Shown: positions 12,061 to 24,999 of the stretch, piece by piece | How the letters are laid out: the number at the start of each line of letters is the position of its first letter | Numbering within the stretch: position 1 is the first letter of the stretch | Program-made: the position numbers and the translations under genes | Notes under the pieces: generated by a model | The model's database searches: none | Seen by the model: the letters and a program-made list of their open reading frames with translations, nothing else | What the model was told of the DNA's origin: nothing | DNA from: Eledone cirrhosa | Lineage: Eukaryota | Assembly (NCBI GenBank): GCA_964016885.1 | Contig: OZ024741.1 | Location: forward strand, 196,168,001 to 196,232,000 | DNA length: 64,000 bases | Direction of reading: 5' to 3'

Positions 12061-13564
12061 TATTCGTTCCGGCTCTGTGAGTTCAAATTCCTCCGAGATC
12101 AAACTCGCCTTTCATCCTTTCGAGGTCGATAAATAAATATTTGTATAGTACCGTATAAATTCTTCTTTTGTATCCTTTTCACACTTACTCTCTATCTCTT
12201 CCCGTTTCTCTCATTCTCTGAATGAGCTATGCCAAGTTTAAAGTGCTTATAACACACCGTATGTCACAATAGCACTCCTATAACTCCATCGGTGTGACAG
12301 ATTCATACATATAAACGTTGGCTTTTATCCTTTTGAGGTCGATAATAAAAAGTACCAGCCAAGTACTGGGATAAACACTTACTCTATCTCTTTTTCACTT
12401 TTTCTCTATCACTCTCATTCACACCTTCTCTGGAAGAAATTGACTGTGTTCATACCTGAAGAGGGGATGGGTTTAAAATGCCCAAGAGACGCCGTATGTC
12501 AATATGGCGCCCCTACAACTTCATCAGATGTTACGGGTCCATACATACACTGTAACCCATAACTATATGTATACTTTCTGTCCTCATTAATCTATACACA
12601 AAACCTAGACCCCATCCTCCAGGCATATACAACTTTTATCAACAAAATTCTCAAAAACATTCTATATTGGAAACCTAATAACTTAATTTCATTTAATGGC
12701 GAAAAGACATAGTCACTACATATGTCAAAAAAATACATCCACAACTCTAAATTTCTCGCATTCATGAACATTACACAGCTAGAAATCCTCAGTCTCTACA
12801 AATGATGGGCTTCAGAATCTGCAATGATCTGTCAAAGTAACCACATATCTAGAACATAGTCAAAAGCATGCCCATGTCCCTTTTTATGACCAGAGTATTA
12901 TTGATCACACAGGAGTGGCTGTTCCTCTATAAAGCACAATTTCTCTCCCGAAATCTAAGTACGGCTTACATAAAACTAAAATGGTCAATTCTTCCTCCTT
13001 CCCAAATGACAACATGCTATAATTAATATGTTCTACCCTTCACCACTACATTCAATTACTATAGTACAACTGTTTCTATGGCATTAACTAATATGTTTTA
13101 CCCTTCATCTCTACCTTCTATTGCTATAGAACAATTGTTTCTATGTCATTGAACTCAATATCCCATTCAAATCCTCCCTCTACATTTTCCTTTCGTTATC
13201 CTATTTATAGCCCCTTCCAGACACCACACAAACATTATTTTTTCTTAATACTTCCTCTCCAGAACATATTCTTATGAAATTCTCTCTTTTCCCACGTTTT
13301 TCCTCCGTGGAAATTCAATTATCTAGACTCCAGCTATGTTGACCAGGCGTGCGATGGGCGGCAAAGAATATAAATATTTTTAGTGGCTAAACAGTCGAAG
13401 TAATTTTTTGAGGTGTAGTGAGATTTTGAGATTATATAAACCCTATAACTTGATTCATTGTTCAAAATTACTAAAAGAGAACATGTTCGGTGTCTTAACG
13501 GAAACACGAAGCCTTGTGAAAGGTTAAATAAACATTCAGCTAAATACAGACTTTCTCCCGCCAA

Positions 13565-13595
<31 letters not shown>

Positions 13596-13904
13596 GAATA
13601 TATCTTGCAGGTGAATATATCTGTAAACCTACGAATTTATTATCACTAAGGTTTTGTTTGAATATGCCAACAACAGCAGAGAATGATTTTAATTCAATAA
13701 CACCTAGTTTAATTTGGGTTTTATTATCTACAAATATATTCTATAGTCTTTTGTTTTACATAGAATAAAATGTTTTTGTGCGTATATGTTAGTGAATGTA
13801 TGTGAATATGTATTTGTATATGCATGTGTATTAGTGCGGTAATACGTAATATGTGTGGTGTATATCCAGCGCCTGTTATGTTCTGTATATGCATATATAT
13901 TATA

Positions 13905-14038
13905 CTAGCTGAGGTACCCGACTTCGCCCGGGAGAAAAGTTAAGAGAAGACGAATAAAAGAGAAAACGACTGTATTCGATGGGTTGTCTGGTATGAGGTG
14001 AGACCGTAATGTGTGTGTGAGAGAGAGAGAGAGTGAGT

Positions 14039-14105
<67 letters not shown>

Positions 14106-14627
14106 TCATAAAACTTCCTTATTAGGCTGGGGGAGTAAACTGCCGATTAAATGGTAGCATTGGCTTTGGGTTTTAAATGTGAAATAACTATAGTCTGTAT
14201 GATCTTTTGCAGCTCCAAAGGACGTCATCAGAAACACAGCAATATACTGCATAACATTGCTTCTGGAGTGTTGCTTCGTTAGTACGGACTGTAAGTAGTA
14301 TATGGATAAAAGGTGGAGGATAGATTCATTTCTAATAGTATCAATTTTTCTTTGTTCTGTAAAATCAATGACTGTAAAACGACTTTATAAAAGCTAATGC
14401 AATATTGTTAAACCTTCAACTGATACTTTTGTGGGACGTCTCTCTCTCTCACTGAATATCTAACACTTTAATTGTATCTCTCTCTGTATAACGGCCTATC
14501 TCTCTCTTTCTGCCTCTCCCTCTGTGTGTGTGTCTCTCTCTCTCTTTAGATGTGTGTGTGTGTAATTTTCGAGTGATTCAACCAACCAATAAACATCTCT
14601 CTTTTATATTAGTAAGTAGTATATGGA
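13905..14627 (-). mobile_element. Non-autonomous Helitron-like element
   Basis: Minus-strand 3' CTAG|T at 13905-13908 with a subterminal hairpin (cccg...cggg). Candidate A|TC 5' end at 14627 (or 14306). Confidence 0.5.
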
Positions 14628-16998
14628 TAAACATCTCTCTTTTATATTATATATTATATTATCACAATGAACAGCCGATCTCTCACAAAATCGACTCTAT
14701 TACTGGATCGGTACTTTTTTTATCGATGTCGGAAGAAAGGCAAAGTTAACCTTGGCAGGTTTGAAGTCAGAACTCAAAGAACCAAAACAAATACCGCAAT
14801 GTATTCTGTGTAACCTTCTAATAACTCTGCCAGTTCTCCGCCTTGTATATCGCCTTGTAAGAGAATATTAGATGGTTGTTTCTGGTGTTTCAGAAAACCG
14901 GGTTCGATGGTTCAAATCCCGCCACCAACACTACACGGAGTTCATATCCACGACACTTTACATTTGCTGACTTTGTAGTTGTTTATTAGTAAGATTACGT
15001 TAAACAACAGAAACACTGTATAGATAGAAACACTGTTTAACGTAATCTTACTAATAAACAACAGAAACACTGTATAGATAGGCGCAGTTTGTTAATAATT
15101 TTCAATTAAATTATATAATGTTTGCAATTAAAAAAATGTAAATAAAGAAAAGGAGGAGGCAGACTCTACCCCCCAGGCTAGGCGGTATATTCCAGCTATG
15201 CCCTGTAGACAGGGTGACAAAAGCATTGCCGCAGAGAAAACCCAGCGACATTCGCTGCATCAACAATTCCACTTCACAGAGCACCTTCCTCAAGCGAGAT
15301 GCACTTTTCTCTTTGATGTCTTTAGCAGCATTCATTCTGGTGCAAACTTTCAAGCTAGGTCTCCGGTTTTAGATGGATATATTTGCTTTGAGAATTACGG
15401 ACTATATAGAAATGTGAATACGCACTACGAAACGATATCAAACTTTTAGGTTTAGATAACATTAGTTACAAGAACCAAATGACTAGTCATAGGGTTAAAC
15501 TGTTGTTTGGGAACTATTTGAGTGTCCATGATAACTGGATTTTCTAGGGTTTTAGAAAATATGTTGTAGTCGCTATTTGTAATTGCCTTTAGGCTATTGT
15601 CTATGCTATTTTCATATGTGCTGTAAGAGAGACTTGGAAATCTTATTCATACCACTTAAAGAATTTAATCGGAGATTGTGTTTTGTATAGTTATTTGACC
15701 ATTGGATCTAATATATTCGTAAGTTTCATAGATCTGCTGAAACAATTTTCGATGAACTTCACTTGATTGTAGCTGTTCACACAGTATTATCTATACTTTG
15801 GGGGAATGTCACTTATGAATGTAACGTGGTATAAGACTACCATTGTACATAAATATAATATGGTATAAGACTACCTTGTACATAAATGTAATATGGTATA
15901 AGACACCCGTTGTATGTGTAGCGAAGTCTGTCCACACCTTGAACCCTGGGTGACATTTAACGGACATTATATTTTTTGGTTATCCCCTTTCGGGCGTCAA
16001 CAAATCTTAGAGTGGAAGACCTCTAGAGGTCAGCCCTTTGTTCTCAAGGCTTGGGGACAGAGGAAGCGACAGAGATAAATAGCCTGCCTTATGTCAAGCC
16101 GACAGCAGTTCGAGGCGATTCTTGATAGAGTAAACATGTAGACCAAAGGTTCTCAACGGGGGCGGGGGGCGTTTCGGAGCTCCAGGGGGATTTTGGAGTA
16201 AAGGGGCGTTAGGGGGGGGGGGGCGTTTGAGGCTTTGGGCGGCGCTAGGCTATTTACTTAGCTAAGTTTTATAAGCCATATTTGTACGTCTCTGAGACAG
16301 CCAGTGTGAATGCATTTGAATGAAGAAAACGAAGAAAATAAATAAAAGAAGCTTGTCAACGAATTCCCTAGGGAGATAAAAGAAAAACGAAAGAAATCAA
16401 AGAAAATGAAAATAAGGACGTCAACTTTTACAACAGTTACAAGAACAACAGAAACGACAAGAAAAAAAGCAATGGTGATGAATGTACATACATACAATCA
16501 TACACACACATGCATAAGTACATACATACATACATGATGTTGGCTGCCCCCTCGTTATCGAGTATGGCCATTGCACGAGGAATACATACATACATACATA
16601 CATACATACATACATACATACATACATACATACATACATACATACATACACACAGATATATACACACACAGGCCGGCGTTGGTGTTTGATGAGGTTGAGA
16701 ACCTCGTCAGCTTTCAGCCAGAGCTGTGGTATTTAATCTCCCTAGGTAATAAAATCTGGAGACAAAATTCTCTCCTTACCAAAGAAAAAAAAACATAAAT
16801 CCTGTCAACATCCTTACACACTTAAATATAAATGCATGTATATATACAAATGTATAAATGCATAGCTATATACATAGGTATATGTATATATATATATGTA
16901 TATATGTAGATTTATATATATATATAGTTATGTAATAAACAACATAAGGCAATTATTTCATTTACCAGTGGTTTCTTCATATATATATATATATATAT

Positions 16999-17910
16999 AT
17001 ATGAAAAAGTTTGTCCTCATCAGTGGCCATCCAACCGTCGTAGGCATTTCGTCGCATTAAAGGCCATATACCTCAGGTTGGTGCGAGCAACGGCTAAAAA
17101 AAAGTCGTTGGGACACGTAAATAAGGGGGACGCTAGGGTAAACGAACAAAATGGTTTAAGCAGCAGAAAGTAAGGAAGAAGGAAACAAGTCCCAGATTTC
17201 TATGAATATAAATTCGGTGGAATCGTGAACGAGAGAATAAAGACCATCAAACCTGGTTGAAATGTGAGCAAGGAAGGAATTTCGCACAGGTCTAACGGGA
17301 GGAAGAAGGGGTCTGGTCTGCGAATTCGGTAAACATAAGTTCTGTGAACCAGTCTGTTTCGTTCTTTGTGTCTTTACCCTTTCTAGCAGTCTCTCTCTCT
17401 CTCTGTTAGCCTCTTCCTCACCTTTCACTCACTCACTCTCTGTCACTACCTCTCCTCCTCCCCTTTCTTCCCGTTTGACCTGTCCGTATTCCTTTTCTCG
17501 CGGGCACCTGGCCAAGCCGGTATGAATTTTTTTCTCTCTCTCTCTCTCTCGTCTGCGACTTCACAGAACTTATGTTTACCGAATTCGCAGACCAGACCCC
17601 TTCTTCCTCCCGTTAGACCTGTGCGAAATTCCTTCCTTGCTCACATTTCAACCAGGTTTGATGGTCTTTATTCTCTCGTTCACGATTCCACCGAATTTAT
17701 ATTCATAGAAATCTGGGACTTGTTTCCTTCTTCCTTACTTACTGCTGCTTAAACCATTTTGTTCGTTTACCCTAGCGTCCCCCTTATTTACGTGTCCCAA
17801 TGACTTTTTTTTTAGCCGTTGCTCGCACCAACCTGAGGTATATGGCCTTTAATGCGACGAAATGCCTACGACGGTTGGGTGGCCACTGATGAGGACAAAC
17901 TTTTTCATAT
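16999..17910. mobile_element. Inverted-repeat insertion (~350-bp arms 16999-17348 and 17560-17910), probably Penelope-mobilised
   Basis: Near-identical inverted arms next to (TA)n; each outer end carries CTGATGAGGAC (HHR 5' half). Confidence 0.65.
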
Positions 17911-18755
17911 GTAACCCATTTGCAGCGCCATAGCTCCATTATTATCATATATATATATAACAATAGAATATATAACAAAGGAATTGTGGTAAGGAACCAG
18001 ATGGACCATAACGCACCAGAGTACTCACTACTTAGGGTATAGAGTTGGAAATAGGAAAAAGTATGACCCCGACAGCAGAGCACAAGCCGTTTCGACGGCT
18101 ATTTCTGGACAGCCCAGAAATAGCCGTCGAAACGGGTTGAGCTCTGCCGTCGGGGTCATACTTTTTCCTATATATATATATATATATATTATACACACAC
18201 ACACATACACAGAGACATATATATATATATATTTTTTCTTTTTTCAGTCTGGTCTACCTCTGGTGGTAGGGTCTGTACCGTAGATAGAACTCAATGTAAT
18301 CTTGTAAAATCCATAGAGAAGTTCTGTGTTTCCCTGAATTAATTCTTTAGATACAGAGTCAGATATTAGGTATTAAATTAAGAATGAAAATAAAAATAAC
18401 AAAATAAAAACAAAGTTATAAAGTAACTTGACTTTGTTCTTTTTATTGTTATCTTGATAACCCCCCCCCCCCACACACATATATATATATATATGCGCAG
18501 TGTGACAAGAAGCTTGCTTCCCAACCACATGTTTCCGTGTTCAGTCCCACTGTCCGGGCTGACCAAAGCCCTGCGAGTGGATTTGATAGACCGAAACTAA
18601 AAGAAGCACGTCGTGTATATGTATATATGTCTGTGGGTGTCTTTGCGTTTGTGTTTGCCCTCCCACCAATGCTTGTTGGTTTGTTGACATCCCATAACTT
18701 ACCAAGGTGATGCTCCAGCGTGGGCGTAGTCCAGAGACAGAAAAAGAGTAAAGCG

Positions 18756-18791
<36 letters not shown>

Positions 18792-18894
18792 CAGAAGAGG
18801 AGTCTGAAACTCAAGGACATAAAAGGGCCATTACGTCCTGGATGAGAGGCACTGGGCCAAACGTAGTGGTGGGTGATGATTTTCACCAGTTATA

Positions 18895-19110
18895 ATCATT
18901 TCTACTATAGGCACAAGGCATGAAATTTAGGGTTTAGGGTCCCCTCGATTGCATCGATCCCAGTTCACAACTGGCACTTAATTTATCGACCCCAAAAGGA
19001 TGAAAGGCAAAGTTGAGATCGGCGGAATTTGAACTCGGAACATAAAAACGGAAGAAGTACCGCTAAGCATTTCGCCAGATGTGCTAACGATTCCACCAGC
19101 TCACCGCCTT
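18895..19110 (-). mobile_element. tRNA-derived SINE, abundant family (representative copy)
   Basis: Minus strand reads aaggcggtgagctggtggaatcgttagc (A box region), GAGTTCAAATTCC (B box) and gcctttcatccttttggggtcgataaattaagt. More than ten other copies, e.g. ~4150-4302, 6890-7072, 8890-9090, 14680-14845, 23650-23815, 26180-26340, 46110-46400, 56107-56290, 57060-57495. Confidence 0.85.
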
Positions 19111-19429
19111 ATTTTCACCAGATATAATGGAATTTGAAATATTGGTTCTACCATGGGCCATAGAAAAGTAGTTCGTATGCCGCATGTTTGAGTCCCCTGT
19201 TGGAAAGATAGATAAATAGATAGACGTGTACCAAACACACACACACACATTTCTTACTCTCTCTGTCTCTCCCTCTTTCTCTCTCTTTCTCTCTCTTTCT
19301 CTCTCTCTCTCTCTCCCTCTCTCTCTTTGCAAGAGATGTCAACATGAATGGACCTATTATTTTCATCTAAAGACATTTTTTTTAATTCCATCCCACCCAT
19401 CCCCTTAATCTATTTTATTTCTCATTCTT

Positions 19430-19465
19430 TCTTCTGATGAAGGACTAGCGTCCGAAACGTTAAGA
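19430..19465 (+). ncRNA. Minimal type I hammerhead ribozyme
   Basis: tctt-CTGATGA-a-GGAC-tagc-GTCC-GAAAC-GTT-aaga: stem I tctt/aaga, stem II GGAC/GTCC, palindromic AACGTT stem III. Confidence 0.8.
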
Positions 19466-19549
19466 CCCTCTTCCTGCTATTTCAAGCGTTAACCTAATAT
19501 ATACCTTCCATATACTGTACCGATTGCGTTGTTATTTCAGTTTACCTGT

Positions 19550-19626
<77 letters not shown>

Positions 19627-20088
19627 AGTAAGTAAAAAAAATTTTTTTAAATTTTTTAAAAAATATTTTCTTATCTTACGTCTTTTATATTATTGTTCTG
19701 CACCCTCCTGCATTGAACCACCTAGGTACTATGACATAACCTGTGTATTTTCTGGCATGGACGTGCATCTGTGCGCCTATGTTAGTTGATATATTAAATT
19801 ATCTATATTTATCTCCAAATCACTGATTTGTCGAGCAAACCTGCCAAAACCACTTCTAAATTTTTTTTTGGGGTGTTAGTAGGCGTCAGTCATCTTACCA
19901 TCCCATTCCTTCTAACTAGCCTCTGTGTCACGTGATTGATTCTTTAGAATCGGCCATTTGACTAGAAGCAGTGAGAATTTCAGTACATGGAATCCAGTCC
20001 TCGCCAGCTGTTCTTTCTACCGAATTATTATTATTTTTATATGAGCCGCCAGTGTCCGCGCATTGGCTGGAGACTCAGCTGAGAATAG

Positions 20089-20170
20089 ACTCCCTGATGA
20101 CGCAATGAATTCTCGACAGTTGGATTACGTAACTGTCTTTATCCCATTGCAGAAACTAATTAGTTGGAGT
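20089..20170 (+). ncRNA. Type I hammerhead ribozyme, monomer 1
   Basis: actcc-CTGATGA-c-gcaatg...cattgc-a-GAAAC-taatta-GTT-ggagt; predicted cleavage after 20165. Confidence 0.8.
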
Positions 20171-20644
20171 GAAAATTTAAGTAAGTAAGTAAAACAAATT
20201 TTTTTAAATTTTTAAAAAAATATTTTCTTATCTTACGTCTTTTATATTATTGTTCTGCACCCTCCTGCATTGAACCACCTAGGTACTATGACATAACCTG
20301 TGTATTTGCTGGCATGGACGTGCATCTGTGCGCCTATGTTAGTTGATATATTAAATTATCTATATTTATCTCCAAATCACTGATTTGTCGAACAAACCTG
20401 CCAAAACCACTTCTAAATTTTTTTGGGGTTGTTAGTAGGCGTCAGTCATCTTACCATCCCATTCCTTCTAACTAGCCTCTGTGTCACGTGATTGATTCTT
20501 TAGAATAGGCCATTTGACTAGAAGCAGTGAGAATTTCAGTACATGGAATCCAGTCCTCGCCAGCTGTTCTTTCTACCGAATTATTATTATTTTTATATGA
20601 GCCGCCAGTGTCCGCGCATTGCCTGGAAACTCAGCTGAGAATAG

Positions 20645-20726
20645 ACTCCCTGATGACGCAATGAATTCTCGACAGTTGGATTACGTAACTGTCTTTATCC
20701 CATTGCAGAAACTAATTAGTTGGAGT
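20645..20726 (+). ncRNA. Type I hammerhead ribozyme, monomer 2
   Basis: Same sequence as 20089-20170. Confidence 0.8.
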
Positions 20727-21199
20727 GAAAATTTAAGTAAGTAAGTAAAAAAAATTTTTTAAATTTTTTAAAAAATATTTTCTTATCTTACGTCTTTTAT
20801 ATTATTGTTCTGCACCCTCCTGCATTGAACCACCTAGGTACTATGACATAACCTGTGTATTTGCTGGCATGGACGTGCATCTGTGCGCCTATGTTAGTTG
20901 ATATATTAAATTATCTATATTTATCTCCAAATCACTGATTTGTCGAACAAACCTGCCAAAACCACTTCTAAATTTTTTTGGGGTTGTTAGTAGGCGTCAG
21001 TCATCTTACCATCCCATTCCTTCTAACTAGCCTCTGTGTCACGTGATTGATTCTTTAGAATCGGCCATTTGACTAGAAGCAGTGAGAATTTCAGTACATG
21101 GAATCCAGTCCTCGCCAGCTGTTCTTTCTACCGAATTATTATTATTTTTATATGAGCCGCCAGTGTCCGCGCATTGCCTGGAGACTCAGCTGAGAATAG

Positions 21200-21281
21200 A
21201 CTCCCTGATGACGCAATGAATTCTCGACAGTTGGATTACGTAACTGTCTTTATCCCATTGCAGAAACTAATTAGTTGGAGT
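21200..21281 (+). ncRNA. Type I hammerhead ribozyme, monomer 3
   Basis: Same sequence as 20089-20170. Confidence 0.8.
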
Positions 21282-21347
21282 GAAAATTTAAGTAAGTAAG
21301 TAAAAAAATTTTTTTAAATTTTTTAAAAAATATTTTCTTATCTTACG

Positions 21348-21416
<69 letters not shown>

Positions 21417-21643
21417 CATTGTTGCATACTATATGCAGACAGGTGGTGCAATGCACCTTACTGCTGCATTAGTGCGGCAGAAACTCGAGTCCGGGAACCT
21501 TATAAGCACCCGTTTTACGTGTGTTGTGTTGAGGCAAATAACTATGTGTATACTCTGGTAATGTATCTTACATTGCCCATTGAGTGCGGTGAGATACAAC
21601 CGGTACAGGCATTGATAAATATGGTGGGTCCGTCAACCCTTAT

Positions 21644-21718
<75 letters not shown>

Positions 21719-21901
21719 GTTGTTATTTGACGTAGTTGAAAAGAACAGTGACCCGGCAATAAAAACTGGAGTCAAAATTCTTTCTGTACCAAAAACAAGG
21801 CACACACAGACACACACACACAAGTTTGTTTGTGTGTATGTGTGTATGTTATATATATATAAAGAATTAGTATACCTACTAACATATATATACAGACGCA
21901 T

Positions 21902-22525
<624 letters not shown>

Positions 22526-24346
22526 GGAAAAATTTGAACAGGAACAAAACAGAGAGGCAGTACAACGAATGTTTATTAATTTCACGCTCTGGAGAGTGGA
22601 GTGGTGGTGGGGAACGACGTTTCGGGCATAAGCCCTATATATATATATATAAGGGATACAGATATTGTTTGCTCACTGTCACTAAACATCTCAATTCATT
22701 CGTTGCAACTAAGTTTGTGATCGAGGCACTTTATTTTGCAAGGTACTATTTTTCCCTTGAGTTTGTGATTCCAGAGAAAGGTAAGAAATTCTTCATATTT
22801 TGCATCTTTTGTGTTTGACTTTACAGTTTGAATTGTAGAATTGTCTATCCACTCAAAATATTACAACAGCTAACAGTGAAATATAGAATTTAAAAAAAAA
22901 GCTTTTTCGACTGAGATCAAATCTTTGAGAACATTCACATCTATTCACGCCACAACACAATCAACTACCAACACGACCAAACAATCATCGCTATATATAA
23001 AGGCCGAGATAGAAAGAAACAGTTGTGAATGTAACTAGGCCCAAACTTATTATTATTTTCTGTTATTGTTGTTTTTTATTGTTGTCTTTTGCACATATCG
23101 AGATTAAATTTTCAGCCATGGGGGGCGGGGGGACTATGCAAATTTAATCTGCCTCTGCTTGAGAATAAATACTAAAACTATTAGTTTTCATTACTTTTTT
23201 CGGAATTATAGAAGATTTCAGTGTCTATTAGGTCATTGGGAAAGACTGTATGATGATATAGAAGGGAACTTTGAGGTGCTGGGAGGAGGGGGGAAAGAGG
23301 AGGAGGAGGAGGAGAAGAAGAAGAAGAAGAAGAAGAAGAAGAAGAAGAAGAAGAAGAAGAAGAAGAAGAAGAAGAAGAAGAAGAAGAAGAAGAAGAAGAA
23401 GATAATTAAAAGGTAACTTAACATTTAGGCACATGGCCAGCAAATCTGGGGGAAGGGCAAAGTTTATTAAACCAACCCCCGAAAAGTTGACTTTGTATTC
23501 GAGCTCTGAATGTTATGAACCAGAACAAATATGACATTTTATTCGACGCTCTACCAATTCTGCCTATCCAACCCCTTAAAGTCACTAAATATTGGCGGAC
23601 ATTTCACACAAGCAACAGCAAGAGTTGTGAATTCCATCTGAAATGTCAATGATTTCTAATTTAGGCACAAGGCCAGCAATTTGAAAGGGAGCAATTTAAA
23701 TCGACCCCAGTGCATTACTGGTGCTTTATTTTATCGACCACGTAAGGATGAAAGGCAAAGCTAACCTCATGGGATTTGAACTCAGAACGTAAAGGACCGT
23801 AACTCTATGCCACGATCATCTGTAATGTTAATAAGATACATCAACTTCTGTTTGTTTGTTTTAATATTAATTGATATTAATGGGTTATTATTTCTTTTAC
23901 TGATTTCAGTCATTAGACTATGGCCATACTGGGGCACTGCTTTCAGTACTTATTTTATCGATCTCTTTCTGCAAACTCTGCTAAGAGTATTGCAATCGCT
24001 TGTCAGATTATAGAAAATGGTGCACCTTTAGGTACGGCCAGCCTCACACACCTGCAACGTATGGATTCACCGAACAGTACAGCGTTCCTTTGTCAGTGTT
24101 GAACAAACGAGCAACGATGGTTGCTGGACACTACGGCTTAATGCGGGATGTTTGTTTACAAACACACCGAGCATTATAATAAATGTTCGGTGAATCCATA
24201 CGTACATATATATATGTGTGCATGTATGTATATATATATACATACTACTGTACGTCTGTATACATATATGTATGTACGTGTACATACTTATATTTAAGTA
24301 ACAGCCGTACTAAGAGTGGGAAATGAAATTTCGTTTCATTTTTTCC

Positions 24347-24392
<46 letters not shown>

Positions 24393-24587
24393 TTTTCCTG
24401 GGTCCTGTATTTTCGTTGCTCTGGTAATGCGGCTGGACTGCCGACCGCTATATCTGATTTGCTAAGCTGTCTGAACGTAATGTTATTACTCTGGGGTCTT
24501 TCTTCATCCGAGTGCTCAAGCTACAGACCGATTATGCATATACGCTAGCTTGGCCGTATTCTAACGCTTCGTCAATGCTGTACTAAA

Positions 24588-24632
<45 letters not shown>

Positions 24633-24784
24633 TAACAGATTAAAGTTTAAGCAAAGAATGGATTCTTTGCTTAAACTTTAATCTGTTATTTTAATAAATA
24701 TTTGCTCTACGGTTCTTATATATTTGATATATATTTATCCTTATCGAGCCCTCTTTGGATTTTAGTCTTCAAATTTATTATTAT

Positions 24785-24864
<80 letters not shown>

Positions 24865-24999
24865 TTATACACATATGTTTCAGCAAATTTTTCTAAAAAG
24901 ACTGAATGAAATTTAATCAATATTGATATGTTAGGTCCTTGTTATTTACTTTGTCTTTAGCCTCGAGTTAATGAGAAAAATAAAAGGTCAATTCAGGAG

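Larger units (their letters stand above)
19623..21356 (+). mobile_element. Retrozyme-like tandem array: 3 x ~556-bp non-coding monomers plus a ~65-bp partial, one HHR per monomer, flanked by (TA)n
   Basis: Monomers start at 19623, 20180, 20736 and 21291 and are near-identical. No ORF in the supplied track. CTGATGA at 20094, 20650 and 21205. Confidence 0.8.

Noticed and set aside
14215-14240. Minus-strand CTGATGA as a hammerhead core
   Set aside because: No compatible GAAA or stems downstream.
15400-15800. Degraded Penelope RT fragment on the minus strand
   Set aside because: Only a vague similarity (IRFPSLS...), too weak to support.
17156-17752. Duplicated ORFs SQNLCLPNSQTRP...
   Set aside because: Produced by the inverted repeat; no recognisable domain or splice context.
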